20,235 nucleotides of DNA from Candidatus Lindowbacteria bacterium RIFCSPLOWO2_12_FULL_62_27 (lineage in GTDB: Bacteria > Lindowbacteria > 2-12-FULL-62-27): the NCBI GenBank assembly GCA_001784175.1, contig MFPR01000012.1, positions 62,001-82,235 of the forward strand, read 5' to 3'. The notes beneath the pieces were generated by a model. The model had not been told where the DNA came from, did not search any database, and saw only the letters and a program-made list of their open reading frames with translations. The position numbers and the translations under genes were made by a program. Position 1 is the stretch's first letter; each line of letters starts with the position of its first letter. Shown here piece by piece: positions 13,889 to 20,235 of the stretch.

Positions 13889-16800
13889 AAGTGATACCTG
13901 TCAGGTGCCCGTTGCCGTCGCGCTGATAGCCGACGGATCCTTCGGGATTGGTCATCCGGGTCAGAACCTCTCCTCCGGCCCACTCCCGCGTCTCCGTCCG
14001 AACCGCGCCCGACGGCGAGCGGGTGGTCTGCTCCACCAGGTTGCCAGACCCGTGATATTTGTTGGTGATGATCGTGCCGTCGGGATCGGCCTGCTCGATG
14101 AGCCTGCCTTGACTATCGTATTTGTAGCGGGTGGTTTGTCCTTGCGCGTCCGTCATGGAGATGCGGTTTCCGAATCCGTCGTAGGAGTACGTGTTCACAA
14201 GGGCGCTGTCGGCAAAGACGGACGTGAGGTTGCCGTATGCGTCGCGGCCGTACGTCCAGACATGACCCTCCGCGTCGGTCATTCCCACGCGCCACCGGCT
14301 GCTCCAGCGGTAGGTCGTGATGTCGGCGTTGTTGCGACGCATGACAACAGGATTTCCGTGCTCGTCATATTCGATCTCGGTGACGACGTCCTGAGGCCCC
14401 GATCCGCCGCCCAGCGTTACGCCTGTCGTCCGCGTTTTTGTGAGATCGCCATGCTCATTGTATGAAAATTCCCGGACACTGCCATCGGGGTCGACCGTCC
14501 GGGTAACGCGACCCTGAGGATCATATGAAAAATTCGTGGTGTGGCCATCGATCGTCTCGGAAAGAATCCAGCCCTCCTCGTTGACGACGCGGCTTGTGCG
14601 GCTTCCTAGGCTGTCCCTGCGTTCGACGATGTGTCCGGCTTTATCGTAGGAAAAATTCTCGACAAGGTCGCCCCTCTTCTTCTCTAAGAGCCACCCTTGC
14701 GTGTTGTAGCGCCGCTCAACCGGCGGTAGGCCGCCCACCACGCCCAGCCTAGTCAGGTTGTTGTTGGCGTCATACTCGGCCTCCATCTCCATCGCGATGC
14801 TCTCGCGGCGGATGCGGTTTACCCGCCCGGCAAGATCGTATGAAAAATGCGTGGCATGATCTCCCGTTTGAACATCCGAAAGACGGCCGGTCCCGGCTTC
14901 ATAGACAAAATCCGACGTGTAGGCGTGCGGCCCGCTCTGCGCAAGAATGCGGGTAAGACGGTTTAATCCGTCATAGGTCGCGGACAACGCGACGGTGGGA
15001 TCGGCGGAAGTTGAGCCTTGAGACGTAAGGCCGGTGATCAATCCACGTCTGTTGTACGAAAGATTCGTCGTCAGAGGCGAAAGTCCGGGCGAGGCGCGGA
15101 CATGCCGGGTCAGGCGGCTTTCAGGATCGTAGGTCATCGCCTCCGCTTCGGCCCCGTCCGAAAATTGCGTGAGATTTCCCAGCGCGTCATAATTCATGGA
15201 CGTTGCGCGCGGGTTTGCCGATCCACGGATCATGGAGGTCGGGCGATTGAGCTGATCGTACCCATAGGAAATCCTGAGGCCGTCCGGCCGGCGCTCCTCA
15301 ATCATCAGGCCACGCTCGTCAAAGGAGTAGTCTGTTCGGACGGCGCCGACGCCGCTTACGTTTCTCTGAACGGAGGCCAGTCGGTCAGAGGCTGCGTACT
15401 CGAAGGCGATCGTTTGCCCGTTGGGGCTGGAAATTTCCGTCACATTTCCCCAGCCGTCGTACGCCACAGCCGTGACGAGGTCGGATTCATCCCCGCCAAG
15501 CGCGACGCCTACCGTCCGGAGGGTCGCGGGCCGGCCCGCGTCGTCATACGAAAAAAGTGTCGTGCCGCCGGGGCCTTCCTCTTTGTCGGGCAGGCCCATG
15601 GATTCTTTTGTTCCATAGGTCAAGGTTGTTGTAGATGCAGGCGTCGTCACGCGGCTTACATTGCCATTCGCGTATTCCAGCGCGGTCGTGCCCCGTGCCG
15701 GGTCCGTCATGACGGAAACTGTTCCGTCGGCGTTTCTTCCCACGGAAAACGCAATATCCCCGCTTTCGGATTTCAGAAAATTTCCGGCGGAGTTGTAGGC
15801 GAAATTCACAGGAGAGGATGAAATGCCCTCCAGTCGACCCGGGTGGTTTCGTTTCGGATCGAAATCATCAAGGTTGTCTGGGTAAGTCCACGTGACAGGA
15901 TCGGAGCCGGTCCATCGGGCCAGGTTCTTCATGCGGTCGTATTCGAGAGAGATCGCGTGTCCGTTCGCCTCCACGATTTGGGACGGTCTGCCCAGCGTGT
16001 TCCACTGAAGGGTTGTGGCCGCGTTATGTGGGTCTGTGACTGCATCGATCCGGCCCCCACCGATGGGCTGTCCGGCGAGGTCGAAATTTCGCCACGGGTC
16101 GTACATGACGGCCGTGAACGCGCCCGCCGCGTCGATCAGGCTGGTTTTGTTTGTCACGATCCCGCTTGACGGCTCGTACGCGAGGCTCAAGCGCCCGTCC
16201 GGCGGGGCGATGGAGATCGCGCGGTTGAAGGGGTCGTATGCGACTGAAACCTGATGGGGGCCTTGGCGAACTTCCGTCATAAAGCCGGCAGGAGCGTAGG
16301 TGTATTCTATCGGGTCCCCGGCCGGCCGCGCCACACCCGCCAGCTTGGCCGTTTCGTCGGGACGGCCATCCACATATAAATACAAATATTGAAGCAGGCG
16401 TCCCATTGCGTCGGTGATTTTCGTGATGAGCTGTGATCCGGGGAGATATTCAAAAAGCAGCGTCCGGGACGTGCTGGCGGAAACGACCTGCGTGAGACGC
16501 GCCTCATCGTCGTAGTCGAGGTCGACGGCGTTGCCGTTCGGGTCCTCGATCCGAGTAAGCTGGGCGATCCGCGTCCGTCCTTGGAGAATATCGAAGGTAT
16601 ACCGCGTGCCGTCCTTGCGGGTCATCTCCAGACGTTTTTCGGAAGTCTTGCGCAGGCGCATCGGTTCCGCGCCCGTTCCGGTGACCTGTCGATACTCGAT
16701 CAGTTCACGTCCGTCGACGATCGTTTTCTCGATCGGCCACGGCCGGATGAACGTGTGACGCGTGCCGTCCTCGTCGATCAGGATCACCGCCGTGTCCAGC

Positions 16801-18635
16801 ACATGGGTCATCAGACTCATATCCCAGTATGCCGCGTCGTCACCCACGATCAGGAGATTGTAGTTGTGCGTCCAGCCGCGCCCGAAAGGGAGCGGGACCG
16901 GCTCGGCATCCGGTGCGTCCTTTCGCAGGACGTTCAGATCCTGCGTCATGTCCATGCCGTTGAAGGTCCGTACGAGTCCGAGAAACGGGCCCACATTCAC
17001 GTTCTCGACGTCCAGAGACTGGACGATCAGATTGCCGTTGGACACGTTCACCCCCGCGTCCTCCGTCGGCGAGGCGAAGGCCTGATCCGCCTCGATGCCG
17101 AGCATCGCCGGCAGTTCCAGGATGGCGGGTCGATAGTCCGTGACGGTGGTGCGCACCGGCCGGCCGACGGCCGCGCCGTCAATCCTGAGGCGAAGCTCAT
17201 ACGTCCCGGCTGGAAGTCCCGGCCGCGCAAAATGGCCGTCAGGATCGACAGGAATCGTCAGGTGCGGCGATTGCTTGTCCACGAGCGAAAACGGGTATTG
17301 CAAGTCGTCAAGGGCGAAGTAAAATCCGCGCCCATCCTGCAGATGGCGCGCCTCGATTTCGATATTGGCCGGCATCTGTCCGTAGGGTGAAACAACCCTT
17401 CCAAAAACCACGTATTTGAATGTGCCCCACTGCGCCACGCCATCTTCGATCCACGACAACAGCACAAACCGATCGGCTGTTTGCAGGACTTCCAGCAGTG
17501 CGTCCGTATCCGCGCTCAGTCCGCTCAACACGAGGATTCGATTGGGATCGGTGACAGGGGGCTGGAAAAACCGGCCATCCAAGTCTACCCGGCTCAGACC
17601 GAGATTGGCAGGCATCAAACGCTGTCCGAATCTGGGTTGATTCTTGCCAGTCCAGACAATCGCCGCGCCGGTCGGCCCGCCGCGCGCGACGTAAAAAACG
17701 CCCACAGCTTCCTGCGTGGTCCCGCCAAAGAACAGTTCCTCGCCCGTTTCGGGATCCACAAAAAACATGTCATCCGGATGGACGCCCAAGATGTCAGGCG
17801 GAACGGGATCATAACGATTCGTCGAGCGCGTGAATACGAAGGTTTGCGCTGGAGGATGCGGCTCCCGGGCACCCAGATCGGTTGAGAATTCAAACGTGAA
17901 ATCCGCGTTCAGATGATACGCGCTCGTGAAGCAGTCCCGTTCCTCGCCGAGGGGTTGCGTTTGAAGAACGTCGGGCACGTATAGCCGCGCTGTAAGGACG
18001 GCGGGCGACAGGCCGTGATTGCCCTCTGAGACCGTACCCAAATCACAGGTCGTCGGGCCGGGATCGTTCTGAATCGGGCCGTTGCCGATGAAATTGCCGT
18101 CGTGAATTTCACCTATCCCAATGCGGCCATAGACGTCCTGAAATTGGAAAAAATGCGCGTGATCCAAAAACGGATACACCAGACCGTTGCCCGCAAATAT
18201 CCCCGATACATTGATCGTGACCACGTCCCCTCCCAGACGTGGTCCCACGTTGCTGAGATGCGCCGCAATGCGCGCGTCCAAATCAGGCGCATGCAGAATC
18301 TGAATCGGCAGATCAGGAAGGCCACCCGATGGCCCGGTACGGCGGAACTCATGAGCGGGAACGGATACCGGAAACAACATCGAAGTCAAGACTGGCGGAT
18401 CGCCCACAGTATATTCGAGCGTGGCCGTCGACGACGCCGGATTGGTGACCAGATACAGAATGTTGCCTTCCGTCATTCCTTCGAGGAACGGTCCCGTTAC
18501 GAATTCGTTGACTCCGACCTGCGGCGCCGGCATTCTTGTCTGCACAAGTTCCGGAATGAGATCGCCGGCAAAGGCGCCCGTGGGAACCAGCGGAACCATC
18601 AAGACCACGAGAACATGGACAACAAATCCGGCCAT
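13854..18635 (-). CDS. Large secreted Rhs/YD-repeat protein, truncated before the Rhs core end
   Basis: Signal-peptide-like MAGFVVHVLVVLMVPLVPTGAFA at ATG 18635 (TGATG overlap with the upstream gene). DUF6531-like GVNVSNGNL...PFGRGWTHNY, then many YD repeats. No in-frame DPxG. Confidence 0.92.
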   Translation of the reverse strand: MAGFVVHVLVVLMVPLVPTGAFAGDLIPELVQTRMPAPQVGVNEFVTGPFLEGMTEGNILYLVTNPASSTATLEYTVGDPPVLTSMLFPVSVPAHEFRRTGPSGGLPDLPIQILHAPDLDARIAAHLSNVGPRLGGDVVTINVSGIFAGNGLVYPFLDHAHFFQFQDVYGRIGIGEIHDGNFIGNGPIQNDPGPTTCDLGTVSEGNHGLSPAVLTARLYVPDVLQTQPLGEERDCFTSAYHLNADFTFEFSTDLGAREPHPPAQTFVFTRSTNRYDPVPPDILGVHPDDMFFVDPETGEELFFGGTTQEAVGVFYVARGGPTGAAIVWTGKNQPRFGQRLMPANLGLSRVDLDGRFFQPPVTDPNRILVLSGLSADTDALLEVLQTADRFVLLSWIEDGVAQWGTFKYVVFGRVVSPYGQMPANIEIEARHLQDGRGFYFALDDLQYPFSLVDKQSPHLTIPVDPDGHFARPGLPAGTYELRLRIDGAAVGRPVRTTVTDYRPAILELPAMLGIEADQAFASPTEDAGVNVSNGNLIVQSLDVENVNVGPFLGLVRTFNGMDMTQDLNVLRKDAPDAEPVPLPFGRGWTHNYNLLIVGDDAAYWDMSLMTHVLDTAVILIDEDGTRHTFIRPWPIEKTIVDGRELIEYRQVTGTGAEPMRLRKTSEKRLEMTRKDGTRYTFDILQGRTRIAQLTRIEDPNGNAVDLDYDDEARLTQVVSASTSRTLLFEYLPGSQLITKITDAMGRLLQYLYLYVDGRPDETAKLAGVARPAGDPIEYTYAPAGFMTEVRQGPHQVSVAYDPFNRAISIAPPDGRLSLAYEPSSGIVTNKTSLIDAAGAFTAVMYDPWRNFDLAGQPIGGGRIDAVTDPHNAATTLQWNTLGRPSQIVEANGHAISLEYDRMKNLARWTGSDPVTWTYPDNLDDFDPKRNHPGRLEGISSSPVNFAYNSAGNFLKSESGDIAFSVGRNADGTVSVMTDPARGTTALEYANGNVSRVTTPASTTTLTYGTKESMGLPDKEEGPGGTTLFSYDDAGRPATLRTVGVALGGDESDLVTAVAYDGWGNVTEISSPNGQTIAFEYAASDRLASVQRNVSGVGAVRTDYSFDERGLMIEERRPDGLRISYGYDQLNRPTSMIRGSANPRATSMNYDALGNLTQFSDGAEAEAMTYDPESRLTRHVRASPGLSPLTTNLSYNRRGLITGLTSQGSTSADPTVALSATYDGLNRLTRILAQSGPHAYTSDFVYEAGTGRLSDVQTGDHATHFSYDLAGRVNRIRRESIAMEMEAEYDANNNLTRLGVVGGLPPVERRYNTQGWLLEKKRGDLVENFSYDKAGHIVERRDSLGSRTSRVVNEEGWILSETIDGHTTNFSYDPQGRVTRTVDPDGSVREFSYNEHGDLTKTRTTGVTLGGGSGPQDVVTEIEYDEHGNPVVMRRNNADITTYRWSSRWRVGMTDAEGHVWTYGRDAYGNLTSVFADSALVNTYSYDGFGNRISMTDAQGQTTRYKYDSQGRLIEQADPDGTIITNKYHGSGNLVEQTTRSPSGAVRTETREWAGGEVLTRMTNPEGSVGYQRDGNGHLTGITFSPMGRASMNR
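13872..13888. repeat. 17-bp direct repeat, candidate att site (copy 1)
   Basis: CCGGCCCATGGGTGAAA, at the Rhs core/tip 1 junction. Confidence 0.75.
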
Positions 18636-19111
18636 CAGCGCGCCTGTCGTGGACCCGGGGCCATATAAATCTTTGGAATCAGACCTCGTTCCCGCGCCAT
18701 GTCGGCGTACCGCTCCGACTCGGCACGCCGGCCCATCCTTTGATGGATCGCGGCGAGCGAGAAAATTACCGAGTTGGTCACGGTCCACGCGCGCCGCCGG
18801 TCCGGCGGCGCTTCGGCGGGCAATTTCGGGGGCATCCAGAGCGCGCGCTTTTTCAGCGCGTCCTCACAGGCCTGAAACGCCGCCAGCGCATCCGCCAGGC
18901 GGCTGTTGCGCCAGAGGTCCAGCCCACGTTTGTGTTCCTGATCGATCAGAGAACAGACCTGGGAATCGGACGCACCTGCGGGGATTTCAATCCCGGCGGA
19001 CGCAGGGGATGTAGAGAGGGTGCAGAGAAGAATAAACAAAGACAATACACAATGATTTGCTGGCGGCGACCGTCGCCTGTTTGCACCCACAGACCTCTGT
19101 TCCAGATCCAA
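18635..19111 (-). CDS. Exported TPR-like helical protein coupled to the Rhs gene
   Basis: GGAGG RBS before the TTG start, hydrophobic signal ending ASA, TPR-like helices (GLDLWRNSRLADALAAF; LAAIHQRMGRRAESERY). Confidence 0.7.
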   Translation of the reverse strand: MDLEQRSVGANRRRSPPANHCVLSLFILLCTLSTSPASAGIEIPAGASDSQVCSLIDQEHKRGLDLWRNSRLADALAAFQACEDALKKRALWMPPKLPAEAPPDRRRAWTVTNSVIFSLAAIHQRMGRRAESERYADMARERGLIPKIYMAPGPRQAR

Positions 19112-19133
19112 CCACCTCCCCTCAAACCGGCGC

Positions 19134-19161
19134 AGGGTAGCTAAAAAAGATGGAATGTCAA
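19134..19161 (-). promoter_or_regulatory. Putative sigma70 promoter of the TPR-Rhs operon
   Basis: TTGACA-16-TACCCT on the minus strand, in an AT-rich gap. Confidence 0.5.
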
Positions 19162-19194
19162 GTAGAATTTCTACATATTACGACACAACTTAAA

Positions 19195-19743
19195 TTAAGG
19201 TCCCCCTCCCACCTCCGCGTCCTGAAAAATCCGGCTGCCGATGGTGCCGCGCTGGTGCTGGTATTTGCCGCGGTAGGGGCGCATGCACGGGGAGGAGAGG
19301 CGGGCCAGGACGAGCTGGCAGATGCGCCGGCCCGCCGAGAATTTCAACGGCAGGCGGTTGGCGTTGTAGAGTTCCAGCGTCAGGGTGCCCTCGAAGCCCG
19401 GGTCGACCCAGCCGGCGTTTTGGATGAAGAGGCCCATCCGGCCCACGGAGCTTCGGCCCTCCACGAAGGCCGTCAGGTCGTCCGGGAGGCGGATGGATTC
19501 CATCGTGGTGGCGAGCAGGAACGAGTGCGGCGGGATGACGATTTCGTCCGCATGGATGTCGACATACCGGGGATCGGTTTCCATCGTGATCGATTCCATC
19601 GCGTTCTCGTCGATTTTCAAATAGTGCGAGCCCAGCCGCAGGTCCACCGACGCCGGCTGGATCTGGCCGTCCGACAGCGGCTCGATCGACAGTTTTCCTG
19701 ACGCCAGCCACTCTGAAATATCCCGATCGCTGAGGATGGACAT
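19195..19743 (-). CDS. dcd: dCTP deaminase
   Basis: ILSDRDI...[11 protein letters not shown]...[11 protein letters not shown]...[15 protein letters not shown]...RICQL...YRGKYQHQ. Confidence 0.97.
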   Translation of the reverse strand: MSILSDRDISEWLASGKLSIEPLSDGQIQPASVDLRLGSHYLKIDENAMESITMETDPRYVDIHADEIVIPPHSFLLATTMESIRLPDDLTAFVEGRSSVGRMGLFIQNAGWVDPGFEGTLTLELYNANRLPLKFSAGRRICQLVLARLSSPCMRPYRGKYQHQRGTIGSRIFQDAEVGGGP

Positions 19744-19744
19744 G

Positions 19745-20179
19745 CTATCGTCCGGACGAGCCGAATCCCCGCGCGCCGCGCGTGGTTTCGGCCAGGTCTT
19801 CGGATTCGACGGGGTCGAGCCGCTCGATTTTCTGGATCAATAGTTGCGCGATGCGGTCGCCTTTTTGGATCGCATATTCCGTGGAGCCGTGATTCACGAG
19901 AACCACCCGGATCTCGCCCCGGTAGTCCGCGTCGATAACGCCGGCCAGAGTGCCGATCCCGTGGCGCATCGACAGGCCGCTGCGCGGCCACACGAGGCCG
20001 ACGCACCCGGCCGGGATCTCGATCGAAATCGCAGTCGGCACGGTTTCGACCGCGCCGGCCTTCAGGAGCCGTTCTTCCGACGCGCACAGATCAAGTCCTG
20101 CCGCGTCCGGTGTGCCGCGCGAAGGCAGCGTCGCATCCCCGGACAGCCGTTTGACCCGAAGGACGGATTCATTTTCCAT
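19745..20179 (-). CDS. dut: dUTPase
   Basis: [29 protein letters not shown] and [10 protein letters not shown] motifs. GGAGG RBS precedes ATG 20179. Confidence 0.97.
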   Translation of the reverse strand: MENESVLRVKRLSGDATLPSRGTPDAAGLDLCASEERLLKAGAVETVPTAISIEIPAGCVGLVWPRSGLSMRHGIGTLAGVIDADYRGEIRVVLVNHGSTEYAIQKGDRIAQLLIQKIERLDPVESEDLAETTRGARGFGSSGR

Positions 20180-20186
20180 TTGTCTA

Positions 20187-20229
20187 CTCACCTCCTCTCC
20201 CCCCACAGGGGGGGGAGGACTGAGGTGAG
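20187..20229. repeat. GC-rich intergenic inverted repeat (REP-like hairpin)
   Basis: CTCACCTC...CCCCCC-ACA-GGGGGG...GAGGTGAG. Confidence 0.5.
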
Positions 20230-20235
20230 GGGGGC

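Noticed and set aside
18636-18788. Longer Rhs start at 18788
   Set aside because: It overlaps the upstream gene by about 150 bp. ATG 18635 gives stop-start coupling and a signal peptide.
19195-20179. dcd-dut as phage auxiliary or defence genes
   Set aside because: They are ordinary housekeeping-type sequences outside the modules, with no phage genes nearby.

Overview
GC-rich bacterial window. The right end holds host genes dut and dcd, then a secreted TPR-like gene coupled to a large signal-peptide Rhs/YD-repeat gene (all minus strand). The Rhs 3' end is broken up and followed by a tandem array of at least two diverged mobile modules. Read on the minus strand, each module is [Rhs toxin tip + immunity] - [~800-nt non-coding structured element] - [divergent XRE repressor] - [CHC2-zinc-finger/Toprim primase fused to a P-loop helicase]. 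The complete copy continues with a XerC/D-like integrase and a RelBE pair. Main observations: (i) the two non-coding elements keep the same multi-branched fold with compensatory changes despite very different stem sequences; (ii) an identical 17-bp sequence sits exactly where each toxin-tip cassette begins, 8,519 bp apart, and is a candidate att site; (iii) one tip/immunity cassette is inserted out of frame inside the Rhs core; (iv) both predicted released tips begin with a mature type IV pilin-like N-terminus; (v) there are iteron-like repeats, inverted hairpin pairs and twin 30-bp palindromes. Together these suggest a replicating, integrase-driven element that shuffles Rhs toxin tips. All calls were made by eye, with no database searches.
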